This document shows positions 37,356-51,622 of a stretch of DNA of 64,000 nucleotides, one piece after another. The notes beneath the pieces are model-generated. The model had not been told where the DNA came from. It saw nothing but the letters and a program-made list of their open reading frames with translations, and ran no database searches. Every line of letters begins with the position of its first letter. Positions within the stretch are counted from its first letter, which is position 1. The stretch is from NCBI RefSeq assembly GCF_963921235.1, contig NC_086118.1, positions 25,112,001 to 25,176,000 of the forward strand. Reading direction: 5' to 3'. The DNA comes from Mobula hypostoma (taxonomy: Eukaryota). Position numbers and translations under genes: made by a program.

Positions 37356-39554
37356 GTACCCGCCATTACTGGAATATTACACACTCCTATCTGTAATGTA
37401 CACATTTGAGTAACCAAGAAATTAATTTCCTTAAATGAAATTCTACTGTGTTTACATTTCATAGTGCAGGTGGGCCAAAACTGCCAAGGGTTTGAACAGT
37501 GATTAGTACATAACACTCTCTGTAAATCAAGAGTGTTGGTGGACAATTGAACAAACAGATAATCTGAGTGTAGTACATCCTTACCCTCACTGTATTACCC
37601 AGGTCCGTTCTTTATGAGAATTATTAGACGTAGATCAACATGAAGTTCAGATTAGAAAAGAATCCTTAATTGCAAAGCTATTGCTCTTCCAAAAATTTGC
37701 TTGAAGGTTTCAATATATAGTCACTATAAGTTGTGCTCCATGATGGAAGTGTGGCTGGTTTTCACAACCAACTAAACTTTTGAGAAACAAGGCCAGATTT
37801 TAGGGGGAATTGCTGCACGTCCTGTGTGGAACACCTGACATAAGTGAAAACAAGTTTGCGATTCTCCCACCCCACCCCGGTTATGCACATGGGGGAGTTT
37901 TGAATTTGATCACTTGATCCCTGCTCTTTGCCAGTGATTTCCTCACTGCATCCAGCAAGGTTCAGTGGCAGTCTGCCCAGCAGCAGCAATTCCTTAGCAC
38001 TTATGCAAGAGAATTTACCAAAATAAACTGGAACAAGAATAGAATTTCCATTCACTTGATTGAGGAGAAATAATCTGCGAAGAGCCAATGGCTAATTTAC
38101 AGATTTTGGATTAATTAAATTTAATTATAAGTATTATTGATATTGCGTTCATAGAGATTTAAAGATTTTCTATGTTTTAGTGAGTTCAATATTTTTGATG
38201 TTTCAATGTTTTTTTAAAGGTTTGTGGATATATTGGAAAACCAGAAATGGAAAGCAGTTCAGTTTTTTTCTGAAATTTGACAGCTGGTAAAACAGAGCGC
38301 TTGGTTTAGCTGGCTGTCATTGTTTTATTCAGCTGTTTAGTGGATAGGGCTTGTCTGAACCTTCCCATACAAAGATATATAAACCACAGGTCCTTGCCAC
38401 TAAGCAAGGCTGTGCCACCGAAGATCACTTTCCAGTAAGCTTGCACTGGCATTGCCACAATATACAAGCTCAGGTGAGCTGCGTGCATCAATGGCAGGAA
38501 GTGGGAATATCACCAGTGACTGAAATACCTGGCCTATGTAAAAGTTTAACTTCTCTCTCCATATTAGACTTCTGTCCCAGTTACAAATACTTATTACGGA
38601 CAGCTCATATGTTTGGAAGACTGGTGAGATAGATTTGTTACCTGCTGCAGTGTTGCAGATGTCTTCTGCTGGATAGAAATGGGGCATTTTTGCAAGCCTT
38701 CTCTTCCCATTCCTTCAGTGCCACAGCAACCTAACTGAATAGAGCAGGGAGCGCTGAGCAGACAATAACTGACTGTCAGACGCTCGTCACGTGCCTGCTT
38801 GGTCTCCCATCACAACTATTACAGTGATCCTCTCCCAAACACTGTTCTTGTTCATTTCTGACTTCTGAACTGTTTGGGTTACAAACAGTTCTCAGGAATG
38901 AAACCTTGGGAGAATCTATATGAATAATATAAATATATTGCCAATTATTTAAGTCCTGCTGTTTAACATGTCATGTACTTTTTGTTTACGCCTCTTTGAG
39001 TCTTTCACTATAGCCTCTCTCAGAAACCAGCACATTTCACAACAAAAGACTAGAGATAACTCCATCAACATGAATATATAAAGAGCTTTGACTGAGGTCT
39101 AAATAGTCAAATAAGTCAATAAAATCATGGGCCAGCATCTGCAGCCTCTTGTGTCTCCATAAAATACAAATACTCTGCAAGCTGCCTCTAAGCAAAAAAA
39201 TTATATTTTCTGTACAATAATATAAGTTTGTGCCTATCAAATATTTTTATTACATTTTCAATGTAAACAATATTGCAACAAAAGGCCATGGCCATTTTCT
39301 GAACATAGTTGTTATTTTGTCCAGATTGGATAAATCGCCATTACCATTTCTTTTGATACTGCTTTCCAAAAGAATCAAAACATTTCTTCCCACAATAAAA
39401 CAAATATACTAAAGTACAAGAGCATTCTTGTGAAGCAGAAGAATGTTAATCTGCCATTACTTTTATAAACATGATGAGTTTTAAAATATATCTAAGATTG
39501 AACTATAAAAAAAGAAGAGAATCATTTAAATCCTAAAACAAAAGAACAAATATA

Positions 39555-40140
39555 AAATAGAAATAGCAGTAAACAAGTCGGCCCCCATACCATCTCCATC
39601 ATTCAGTAAGATTCTGGGTAATATTTTATGTCAGCATCATTTTCTGGCACGTTTTTTACTTCCTTTGATACTTAAATATCTGTTGATCTGTGCCTTTAAG
39701 TATTCTCGGTGGCCAAGTCTCCACAGTCCCCTTGCGTAGTGAATCCCAAAGGCAAAGAAATTTATTTTTACCTCTGCCCTTACGTTCTCTTTCTGGACAT
39801 GTCAGTCAAGGGAAGCAACATCCCCATATATACAAGTCCATTCATTGAGATCATGCGTCACCAATCTAAACTAAGCAGTTTATAGGTTTTTTTTTTACTA
39901 CTTTCCCCTTACAGGACAAAGCCACAATATCAGGAATCAGTTTGCTGAACTACCTCTTTTATAAGTTAATTCTCAGGTAGAAGTCAAGATCTGTACATAA
40001 TGTTGCACTCAAGGCTTGGTAGAACTCTATACAATTTTCTATAATTGAAGTAGAATGTCTTCACATTTGCAGTTGAATCCTTTTGCATGTAGGTCAATGT
40101 ACCATTTGCCTTCTTAATTCCTTTGCTGTACCTGAATGTT
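39555..40140 (-). mobile_element. Old CR1 3' fragment
   Basis: tagcagtaaacaagtcggcccc...attcagtaagat; accatttgccttcttaatt. Confidence 0.5.
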
Positions 40141-40167
40141 GAACTCGGTAAGTGGTTCATTTACAAG

Positions 40168-40485
40168 GGCAATGTCATAGCTAGTGGAGCTGCTGCGTCC
40201 TAGCGCCCGAAACCCAAGTTCCATCCCTGCCCAAGACCTTAGGCACTGTTTGTGTAGAATTTGCATTTTCTACCTGTGACTGCACAGGCTTTCCCCAGGC
40301 ATGGAGGTTGGTAGTTTAAATGGCCAGTGTAAATTGCCCCTGGTGAACCTGGGGTGCTGTACTTGAGCAGTTGATGCAGATGTGTAGAGAATAAAATGGG
40401 TATCAGTGTAAATGGATAGTTGTTAGCGAAGATAGATTAACTGGACTGAAGGGCCTAAGTATCTCTCTGTGACTTCTATGATTCA
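40168..40485 (+). mobile_element. V-SINE-like element
   Basis: agtggagctgctg...caagttccatccc head; gaatttgcattttctacctgtgactgc; gtaaattgcccct; CR1-like tail gactgaagggcct...ttctatgatt. Confidence 0.7.
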
Positions 40486-40719
40486 AATATATATAAATTA
40501 GAAATTATAGTACTAGTTACGCTGGTTCTGTCTCAGTCTGAGTTGGAATACTTTGGTTCATCTTCAAACTTGTCCTGGCTCTGTAATGCCAGAGCACAAA
40601 ATGAAAGAGGCAGACTGTTAGACTGTCACTTCATGTGATGTTATGTTACGTATCTTCAAGACAATGTTGAAATGCATTGTCATTTAGTACAACTAGTATA
40701 GCTCATTGTGCAGAGGTGA

Positions 40720-41150
40720 GTCATCCTCCTCCTCCGTCCAAGGCAGCCCCTCAGAGTCAAGGATGACTTACTTCTAATGTCACACTTGTGGATTCTGTGG
40801 TGACCCGAGATCAATGTGGGAACCACAAATGAGGCAGGTGGTAGGATGGAATAGGCAGGTGGGTAGTTCATTTCAGCCACTTACGCAGATCTGTGTGCTC
40901 CTGATGCCAGACCTTTGCAGTCCTCAATATCATGTCAAATGCTGCCTCTCCACTTCGAGCAGGTTTGTGCCAGAACTACCTAGGCTTCAGTGGGAATGTC
41001 ATATTTCTTTAAGGAGGCTTTTGACACATCTTTCAGCATAATGTTTTCCTCTGTCTTTCCGAACTCAGAGCTCAGAAGAATGCATTTCTTTTGAGGGTCT
41101 GATGCTGGCTTGCCAATGACCCTGACTGAGTATACCTGCTGCCTCAGTAC
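40720..41150 (-). mobile_element. RTE-clade LINE 3' fragment
   Basis: aggcagcccctcagagtcaaggatgactt is the reverse complement of the RTE tail at about 27735; LKASLKK.DI motif. Confidence 0.6.
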
Positions 41151-41627
41151 TGAAGGTGACAGTACTTTAGAAGTGCTATTGCCAGAGGAAGCTGCTGTGG
41201 AATAGGACACTGATGTTGATTTCATTGTCCTTCTAAAGAATTTAAATGATTTTGCAGGAACAATGTAAGTGGGATTTATCAGGTTCTCTAAGATGCCTGT
41301 TGTAGGTAATGCACATCCCAAAATCATACTGGGATCTCCCTCATTAGAAAACCATGAACTTACTGCAAGGCCTGAGGTTTTTATCTTTTCAATAATCTTT
41401 TTCTTCAATTAACCAAATGAAAAATATGCTGGTTTATTGAAGAAGCTAGTGAATTTCATCATCAAGATCTCTCTCCACCAACAGGGGGCTGCGGAGATAT
41501 GGGAAACGTGCATTCCCTTGAATCTTTACTTTCACAGGGCAGGGAGTAGGTCAGCAGCAGTCCTTTCTTTGGTCTTTGTTTAGCCTAGGGCCTGCTGTCC
41601 TACAATCTTTAGTGGAAGTGTCGATGA

Positions 41628-41915
41628 TGAGCGTGGCGGTTAGCACGATGCTATTACAGCTCAAGGCGGTGGAGTTTGAAGTTCAATTCCAAAGCCGTCT
41701 GTCAACAGTTTGCACGTTCTCACCGTGAACGTGTTGGTTTCCGCCTGGTGCTCTGGTTTCCTTCCACTTTCGAAAGAAGTACTAGTTAGCAGGTTAATTG
41801 GTCATTGTGAATTGTCCTGTGATTAAACCAGGGTTAAATAAGTGGGTTGCCGGGCAGTGAGGCTCGTTGAGCTGGAAGGACCTGTTCCACACTGTATCTC
41901 TAAATAAAATAATAA
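41628..41915 (+). mobile_element. V-SINE-like tRNA-derived SINE
   Basis: A-box-like gtggcggttagc, B-box-like gttcaattcc, gtttgcacgttctc...gtgctctggtttccttcca core and (taaa)n tail. Confidence 0.8.
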
Positions 41916-44868
41916 AAAAGAAGGTGGCTCAGGAGGGACATGAAACATCCTCCTCAAATTCAGCTGCCCACAGAAATTGATGTCCATCTTATGTTTGCTC
42001 CTTGATAGCACTCAAGCTGTAATATTAATCAATGAGTTCACCAACAGGACCACTCTCACTGATGTCAAATAAGGCTGTGTTACTGGCCTAGTACTTTACT
42101 CAATATTTCTTGTGATATTGTTGCATCTAACCACCAGTTAGCTTCCCAAGCGAGTGAAGATGATCTTCAGAAGCTATGAGAAACAATTCAGTCTGTGGCA
42201 GCTGCACTGCATAACCATGGTTATCTAAACCAGCTGCAGTCTGCAGATGATGCTTACGTTTGTACGAACTCACAGACTGAGCTCCAAGTTATCATTAATG
42301 CTTTTACTGAAATGTCACGATGACGTTGTCTTTGCTGCATAAATTACCTTGCCTTGCCTAGGGATACAGCTGATGTCATGTTCGTCATGTAAACGTGCTC
42401 AAGCTGAACCTTCATTGGTACTGGACAATGATCGATGCCTTCCCCTTAACGTGACAGCATCACCATAATGAACCACACACCATAGCTGTCACATTGTTCT
42501 GGCAATGATTGCACAGGACCTCCCAGTGCAATGATGATCTCTAGCTCACCACTTCTTGCCCTGCTTCTCTGCTTCTGTATTAGTTGTCATGATCACCTCT
42601 GACTTCTGTGAGTGGCAGAGACCTACAAGAGATCTCATGCATCCCACACTGACGCTAATCCTCCAGACCCCTACCTTCCTGTGGAAAACTGAATTGACTA
42701 GAATAGAATGACGATGACGGATCAGAAATGATGGCTTGGGCAGGAAACCATGACACCAAATTGATGAAGTCCAGGTATTACAAGCTGAGTAAAATATCAC
42801 GTTTTGTTGCTGATATTTTGTCAGCTGTATACGTAGTAATGCACATTTGGAGTAATGGTTTGGTGCGTTCAATGTTTTTGTTGTTTCAATGCTGGGGTGA
42901 CTTCGTTTGCAATGGAGAGTTTTATTTTGCACACTTCCTGTGATAGCTGTCTCTGTGAGTGAATCCCTTTCAGCCAAAGGCTGCATCCTCTGCTCAGCTG
43001 GTACAAGAAATTATGGATACTGAACAATATCATTCTCCTTCCTTTTCTTCCAGTTCTTCCTCCTATTGCTCAGATCCTCAGATAGTGAGTCTTAAATCTC
43101 CCCTGGCACCCAGCTGCAAACTGTGATTTGACAGGAATTGCAGACTTCAGCACATGGTAATAAAGGCTCTACCCCAGTAGCATGTACTTTGGGGTACCCA
43201 CACTGATGAAGGTAACATGATCTCATCTTATGGAAATCTATGCTGCCTTCTCCTACTATTCTGGTACCTGTGTAGTCTTCCAAGACCAACGAATCCCTCG
43301 TGTGTTATTCAATTGCAAAAATACTGACTATTATTGGAATATATAAATGTGCAATATATTTTTGAAACTGGTTGACATTTGGTGGGATTAAATAGATACA
43401 GGGAAAAGTCTTTTACATATCAACTAATGATGCAGCTTCCTTGTTTCTACTTAAATATCTTTATCATGCAAATATTATAAATTATCTGCCTTCCAACCAA
43501 ACTTGTCCAACTGACCATTGTAAGAAAACAACCAAAACCCAATTTTTACCTGCATTTTCACTGCAGATTTAAGTAAAAACCAGAACCATACAGAAACATT
43601 TTCTTCACTTGCTGGTAGATAATTACAATTAAATACAATAACTCATCTTTCATTAATGATTAAGAACCTCCTCTGAGGCTTAGAGAGTTTTCCGTTATAA
43701 TAGTAAAGTAACTAGAATTGGTAAAGATCCTTGTTTGTACCATGTTATGTCCAGTTTGACTCCTGTACTGTTCTGTGTCTGTTAGCCACATTTGGTCAAG
43801 AACCCATTGTAAATTCAGCTTGAGCTTAACTGGTTTATCCTGTATCAATGCATTCAATTAATCAATTAATTATAAATGTACAATTGATTTGCTAAATAGT
43901 GGCACTAGTTTCTAACAAGATAATTAGTTTTTGTATTTCAGACTTTATTTGCAAATTTCTACTTTCTGAGAGGATTCCTTTTGTAAAAGGATAATGTGAA
44001 GCTCTCAGTATTTATCCTTTATACATCAAATGCTATTTGGGATGCCTAAAATTATAAATCCAGTTTACAAAAACAAAATCCTTTTTGGATTTAAAGCAGA
44101 TAATCATAGAACAATTCCAATATTTCTCCTCTCGCTCCTCTAACAGGGCAAGCAGCTAGAATTTACAGAAGCATTGCTGTTGCTTCACTTTAAAAATTGT
44201 AATCTCTGAGGAGACAGGTGCATAAAATACCTAAAATTTCCTAAAGCTACTAAATAAATCTGAAGCACAAGGGTGAGTATATAAAATGTGAATATGTATG
44301 TTAAGATAGGCTTCATTGAAAATTCCTTTAGGTTAAAACTGTCAATTCTCTAAATCTCTGTTTTAAGCCACTTATGCAAATAACTGACTATTTTTCAACA
44401 ATATCACATTTTGAGGAAAATCTAGATAAATGTACTGTAGTATTTGAAATCAACCAACTTTTGGTCACCTTGTGATGGCAATAAATGGAAACAGAGAACA
44501 CTGTACTATCTTAAATGGAATTTTTAAAGAATTATTTACCAGAGGAGTACTACCAGTTCAATGAACACAGCCAATGATGAACGTTTTCATAAAAACCTGA
44601 GGGTCCAAAAGTTCCAGAGCAGTCAGCTGTCTTGTCTTCTGTTGCCTGGAGAATGAGCAAGCAGTTGGAAATAATTCAGCCTGAACATTTATATTTAATA
44701 ACAATTTAAAATTGCTCAGGATAATGTAGTCACTATTTATAACCCACATCTCTCCAAAATAATTCATGGTATACTTCACTATCATTCCAAAATAAGGCAG
44801 ATTTAATCTGGAACATTTTCATTGTTGTGTAACTCACTAACAATTTTCCATTTTTCTGTCAAATGCAG

Positions 44869-44937
44869 GATCAGCTGGCAGCGGACATGTACAGTTTTGT
44901 GGCCAAAGAAATAGACTATGCAAATTATTTTCAGACA
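44869..44937 (+). CDS. ARHGAP44: ARHGAP44 coding exon (BAR domain), 69 nt
   Basis: Branch-point-like CACTAAC upstream; aatgcag|GAT CAG...CAG ACA|gtgagt; encodes DQLAADMYSFVAKEIDYANYFQT. Confidence 0.95.
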
Positions 44938-46011
44938 GTGAGTACAATAGAAATATAAGGATTATTGCAATAAAATTCAAAATAATATATGTTAAAGCTT
45001 AAAATAGATCGGAATCAGTTTCCAAAATGAATTACAAGGCTGAAAATGTCCATTTGATTTTAAATTCCTCTCGTCAATTTAATAATTAACCTGACAGCAG
45101 AACATTGGGTACTTGAGAAAAGCATGTTTCAAATTTATGCATTTTATTTCTATTCATTTTTATGTGAAGAGTATCAGTTTCTTGTGATGTTCTTTGGTTC
45201 AGTGGTTCATATGGTGGTGATAGCACAGGACAGTTAACATCTTAGTCCACGTGTACTTTGTAACTCTTTTGGTCAAGTGCGTTATTATTTCTAAGTCGCA
45301 AGTGAACGGGATTATGTTCAAGTCTTTCTCAGAGGGTCAGATCCCTGTTAGATCAACATAACTTTCTCACCTTGTCTCCGTGTTACAGATAGCCTTTTGT
45401 GTGTGATAAAGCCCTATGTGTGTCTTTAATATTGTATAGAAATACATCAGTTTATTGTTCAAGATCAGATAACTTCTGAACGTTAGACACGTTTATATGT
45501 TTTATCACAAAACAAGATCTCAAGTTCAATCTATATAGCAAAGGCCACTGAGATCACCTTTACCCAACCACCTAGGAAAAATCTACAATAATAACATTCA
45601 TTTCCCAACAAGCTTCAAGGATTTTGCCTATTTGAATAAGGACTTCTACACAATAATAGATTATTTAAGGCATTTTTGCTACACCATGTACACTGAATTG
45701 ACCACAGTTATTAATCATAGAGCTTAACCCTTGCATATCAGGAAAGCAGAGGACATTTTCCAACCTTTTACCAACCAAAAAGACAGAACGTATCTAAAAG
45801 CACGAGGTAAACTTAGAATATGCATTTATGATCTTAAGAAGTCTGACCTGAATTTATGCTGCGCCTTTAAAATTAATGTCTCAGAAAGGGAGGGAGCCAG
45901 GAACAATAAAACTTGACAAATAATAATACATCTGTGATTATTCAGTCTTGTTTTCTACCTAATATTTACTTACCTTCTTCAGGAATAGGCAGCAGAGAGA
46001 TCTAGATTTCG

Positions 46012-48770
46012 AAGTTCAAACTTTGAAGGAAATTTATTATCGAAGTACATATATGTCACTATATACTACACTGAGATTCATTGTCTTCTGGGCATTCATA
46101 GTAAGACCATAAGACATAGGAGCAGGATTACATGACTCACCCCTTCGAGTCTTCCCCACCATTTTATCATGGCTGATTTATTCTCCCTCTCAACTCCATT
46201 CTCCTGCCTTCTCCCTGTGACCATTGGCACCGTGATTAATCAAGAACCTATCAGCCTCCACTTAAATATACCGAATGACATGACATCCACAGCCATCTGT
46301 GACAATGAATTCCACAGATTCACCACCCTCCAGCTAATGAAATTCCTCCTTATCTCTGTTCTAAGTAGACGTCCTGCTATTCTGAGGCTGTGTCTTTTCA
46401 TCCTAGACTTATCCACAAAAGGAAACATCCTCTTCACGTCCACGCTAGCTAGACCTTTCAGTATTCGATAGGTTTCAATGAGATCACCCCTTATTCTTCT
46501 AAACTCCAGAGCCATCAAATGCTCCTCATGCATTAACCTTTTCATGAACTTCCTCTGGAACGTCTCCAATGCCAGCACATAGTTTTTGAGATAAGGGACC
46601 CAAAATTGCTCACGATATTCCGTGTTGTCTGATTAATGCCTTATAAAGCCCCAGCATCACTTTCTTGCTCTTATATTCCAGCCCTCCCGAAATGAATGTT
46701 AACATTGCATTTGCCTTCCTCACAACCAACTCGACCTGTAAGTTAAGCTTTAGAGAATCCCACACAAGGACTCACAAATCCATTTGCACCTCTGATTTTT
46801 GAATGATATCCCCGTTTAGAAAATAGTCTATACCTTTATTCTTCCTACCAAAGTGCATGACTGTACACTTCCCTACACTATATTCCATCTGCCACTTCTT
46901 TGCCCATTCTCCTAATCTTTCTAAATCTTTCTGCAGCCTCCCTGCATCCTCAACACTACCTGCTCCTTCACCTAGTTTTGTATCATCAATTCTGTCATGC
47001 AATGACTTTTAACGTGAAAAGAAGCAGACCCAATACTGACCCCTCTGGAACACATCGAGTCACCAACACCCAATAGGCCCCTTTTATTCCCACTCTTTGC
47101 CTGTTGACAGTCTAGCCAATCTTCTGTGCATGCTAGTATCTTTCCTGTAATACCATGGAGTCTTATCTTGTTAAGCAGCCTCATGTGCGGCACCTTCTCA
47201 AAGGCTTTCTGAAGATCTAAGTAAACAACTTCCATTGATTCCCCTTCATCTATCTTGATTGTTATTTTCTCAAATTATTCCAAGAGTTTTCAAGCAAGAG
47301 TTTCCCTTAAGGAACCCATGCTGACTTTGGCTTACTTTATCATGCACTTGCAAGTACCCCAAAACCTCATCCTTAATAATGGACTCTAATATCTTCCCAA
47401 CCACTGAAGTCAGGCTAACTGGCCTATAGTTTTCTTTTTGCAGACTCACTCCCTTTTAAAATGTGGAATGACATTTGTAATTTTCTAGTCCTCCGGAAAC
47501 CATTTCAGAATCAAGTGATTTTTGAAAGATCATTAATAATGCCTCCGCAATCTCTTCAGCTAACTCTTTCTGAACCCTGGGGTGTAATCTATCCGGTCCA
47601 GGTGACTTATTTACCTTCAGACCTTTCAATTCCCAAACAGCTTCTCCTAAGTAATAACTAATAGCTACACTCACTTCTGTCCCCTGACACTCTTGAATTT
47701 CTGGCATACTGCTAGTGTCTTCCATTGTTAGTGAAGCAAGACACAAAATATTTATTAAGTTCATCTGCCATTTCTTTGTCCCCCATTGCTACCTCTCCAG
47801 CATCATTTTCCAGGAGTCCAATATCTACTCTTCCCTCTCTTTTACTCTTTATATATCTGAAAAAACTTTTGGTATCCTCACTTATGTTATTGGCTATCTT
47901 ACCTTCGTATTTCATCTTTTCTCTCCTTATGGCTTTTTAGTTGCTTCATGATCCTCTAACTTCCATTAATTCTTTCTATGTTCTATGCCCTATGCCCTCT
48001 GTTTCGCTGTCTTTGACTTTCCTTGTCAGCCATGGTTGCATCAACCCTTCTTTAGAATACTTACTCATCATTGGGATTACCTATCCAATGACTTCTGAAT
48101 TGCTCCGAGAAACTTCAGCCGTGGCTGTTCTGCCATTGTCCCTGATAGTGTCCCCTCCTAGTCAACTTTGGCCAGTTTTTCTCTCCTATCTCTATAATTC
48201 CCTTTACTGTACTGCAATACCGATACATCTGATTTTATCTTCTCACTCTCAAACTGCAGGGTGAATTATATCATATTATGATCACTGACTCCTAATGGTT
48301 CCTTTACCTTAAGCTCCCTAATAAAATCTGGTTCATTACACAACAGTCAATCCAGAATTCCCTTTCCCTTAGCAGGCTTAATCACAATCTGCTCTAAAAA
48401 GCCTTCTCAGAACAAAAGAATACAATAAAATTATTGAAAAACTATACACAAAGATTGGCATTCAGTTAATGTGCAAATGAAGACAATCTGTGCAAATACA
48501 AAAGAAAATAATAAATAAGTAAATATATAATATTGAGAACTTGAGTTGTGGAGTCTTTGGAACTGAGTCCATAGGTTGTGGAATAAGCTCAGTGTTGAGA
48601 TAAAGTGAGTTATACACGCTGGTTCAAGATCCAAATGGTTGAAGGGTAATAACTGTTCCTTTATCTGATAGCTTGGGACCTAAGGCTCCTATACCTCCTA
48701 CCCAATACAGCAGCAAGAAGAGAGCATGGCCTGAATGGTGGGGGTCCTTGATGATGTATCCCACTTTCAG
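46012..48770 (-). mobile_element. Rex1/Babar 3' end split by a CR1 insertion (pieces 46012-46102 and about 48409-48770)
   Basis: ggcattcatagt|...|agaacaaaag rejoins to match the uninterrupted tail at about 31035. Confidence 0.75.
46103..48408 (-). mobile_element. CR1 LINE, 5'-truncated, decayed ORF2
   Basis: ORF pieces TKSFFRYIKSKR, KSPGPDRLHPR, YLDLQKAFEKVPH, DDTKLG and RRNFISWRVVNLWNSL; accataag tail. Confidence 0.92.
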
Positions 48771-49019
48771 GTTTCAGTTTTGGATTAATAGCTATCAAAG
48801 CTCTTGTCATCTGTTCCTTCTCCCCTAAAGCCTTTGTGCAGATATATGTATAGGTGTAAAAACTAATATTAGTGAATCACTTCTGTCCCTATAATTTGCA
48901 TGATGTTGTGGTCATTCCAGGTAAGAAGGTAGCCCAGTTTCCCTTTGGCCATTTTTCATCGTTCCTTTGAGTTGACCAAAATATTGATCTTAACGCCAAC
49001 CCCCTTTCTGAATACCATG

Positions 49020-49310
49020 GGGTGCCACGGTATATTGCGTTTGTGCAACACTGTTACAGCTTGGGGTGTTGATGTTCAGAGTTCATTTCCAGCATCCTTT
49101 GTAAGGAGTTTGCACGTTCGCCCTGTGAGCACGTAGGTTTGCTTGGAGTGCTTCAGTCTCCTCCCACATTCCAAAATGTACCGGCTAGGAAGTTAATTGG
49201 TCATTGTAAATTGTCCTGTGAGTAGACTAGGGTTAAATAGGTGGCTTGCTGAGCAGTGAGCCTCATTGGGCTGTTTCACATGGTATCTCTAAATAAAGTA
49301 AATAAAAATT
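49020..49310 (+). mobile_element. V-SINE-like element, same family as 41628
   Basis: Shares gagtttgcacgttc, gttaattggtcattgtaaattgtcctgtga and tatctctaaataaa. Confidence 0.8.
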
Positions 49311-51540
49311 AAAGCGTATGGAAGAAATACACAATATATTTAAATAATTCACTGAGCTTTTGGAACATCAAGCCTTTCATTCTTACGTAATTATTTTTAC
49401 AGTGTATTTTACATTTACATTCATTATATGAATTTGATATTAATTCAGCAAATCCACAAATGTACAACCCACTATGACAATGAAATCTCAATATACCGAA
49501 TCTGCCCCATTCACCTTCTGATATGTGAAAGCATTGCATTCCTGTTACTTCCCAGTATTTCAACTGCAATGTATATTATAGTTATTCCAAGTTAGCGGGA
49601 TTCCTGCATGCGAAATCACTTTCAGTTTTATTCCAAATCAAGTTAGCCCAAATTAATTTAATCAAAATTATTCAACTAAATTCCTGATTCAGGCCTAAAA
49701 TGCCAGCCTACAGTTCTACTTTTGTATAAATGCACAGTTCAAGTTTCACATGATGTTACAATTACATTTTGGGATCTCTGTGTATTTGACCTAGGTATGG
49801 TTTTGAATAGGATGGTGCTGTGAATTTAAAATAAATAGTTAAATAGTGTGTGGAAATATATGTCCAAAATGGTGCTTTCGGCATACCTTTTTAGGTTGAG
49901 GTATTGGAGGTTGTTGATGGCATTCCAGTACTGACTGTGCATGTCATTTATTTCCTGAAGACTCAATAGGGAGATGTCTAATCTTCATTTCTATGAGATG
50001 TAATAGCAAGTTTAACTGAAGTGTGATGGTAAATTCTCAGATAGGAAGTTTACTGGCTAGTCCATTCAGGGATGGACATGTTGGTCTGCAGAAGAATGGC
50101 AAAAAAGTCATCCAGAAAGTGAGAGTTACACATTTTAGGTAATTTCCTAACACTTACAATGGAACTGCTGATCAGAAAAGTGCATTTAGCCTGTTCAAGG
50201 TATAACATGTTCTGTTTTATTATTTATGTTACAGGAGAATATAATTTTGAAATATTTCTATTTACTTTGTTCATTAACTAACACATGGCAACGTGGTTTA
50301 TAATTGGCTTTGTTTAAGACAATAACCAACAGATTTCCTGCAAAAATATAGTGAATTGCATATTGACGCACCTATAAGCATACCATACAATGTTCACACA
50401 ATACACAGTTTCATCACTCAAGTACCAGAAGACATTTTATGTTAACAGACATGAGGTAACATTTGGTGGTTAAGGTGTGCAGTCCATTTGCAGGAACATT
50501 GATGATGCCAAGCCATGAAAACAAATTGTAATGCTAGAACATGGGGACTAAAATCAGCTATTTTGGATTTTTAATATTTTGAATTTAACTTATTGTTCAG
50601 TGAACTGCAATCATGACTCAGTTACAGCTCTCTTAAGTATCCTAATTAAATGTTTAAACATTTTTCATTTACAGCTGTAGCAGCTACTATTCAAAAGTAT
50701 TTAATAATATTACTATCTTTAAAAGGAAGTTAACTTCGGAGTAAAATTACAGAATACATGATATTTTGCCTTCTCCATAATTCATTGTCTTAAAAATTGG
50801 AATGCCAAACCAATGTTACATTATGACACTTTCTTCAGACGAAACATAGTCTTCAGAAGGCATTTCAGTAAGGCCATTAATTAATACTTCCCAATTTATT
50901 ATCTTATTGAGATGTTTGATTATTTTTAATAACAACTTCTTTCTTGCATTTCAAAGAAAAATTGGAACAAGATCCCTGTTCCAAAATTTAGATCATTGTC
51001 CTGGAGCCTGTTCTGCTATCCTGTTAGTTCAAGGCTGACTTTCATCTTAACTCTCTTTTCTCAAACTATGTCTTGAAAATCTGAACTTAAAAGCATCTTG
51101 CAGTTGTTTATTGACACAGTAATGACAGCAGTTTGGATGAAAGACTTCTAATACCCTTGTATGAATAAGTACTTCCTGATTCCAAACCTAATTAGCTCAG
51201 TTGTAATCTTACGATTATGCTCTTATCCTGATTGCCCCACTAGAGAAACTCACTTCCGTAACTTTTCCTGCATTATGAAGTCCCTTGTTTATTTTAAACA
51301 TTTTAACTAAATCAGGCTTTAATTTTGTCATCTTTTAAGACACAAAACCAAAATATATATTCTGTTCACTTAACACTAAACATTATCATTTTGGTAGGGT
51401 TTTGAAGGCCAATACACCTTTCTTATTCCTTTTTATTTTGAGCCGTTTCTTCTCTACTTGACACTTTGCTTAGTGAAATGGTATGAAATTGGATGAACTC
51501 AGTCTGTATTTCAATTTATTGTGGATTCTGTGTTCCCCAG

Positions 51541-51622
51541 CTAATAGAAGTGCAAGCAGAGTATCACAGGAAGTCATTAGTACTTTTACAGAGCATACTG
51601 CCTCAGATTAAAGCTCAACAAG
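51541..51622 (+). CDS. ARHGAP44: ARHGAP44 coding exon (end of BAR domain), 82 nt
   Basis: ttccccag|CTA ATA...CAA G|gtaagc; encodes LIEVQAEYHRKSLVLLQSILPQIKAQQ. Confidence 0.95.

Noticed and set aside
40980..41408. 142-aa minus-strand ORF
   Set aside because: It runs into a decayed RTE fragment and has no coherent domain.
41628..41700. A/B-box sequence as a tRNA gene
   Set aside because: No cloverleaf; it continues into a SINE body and tail seen several times in the window.
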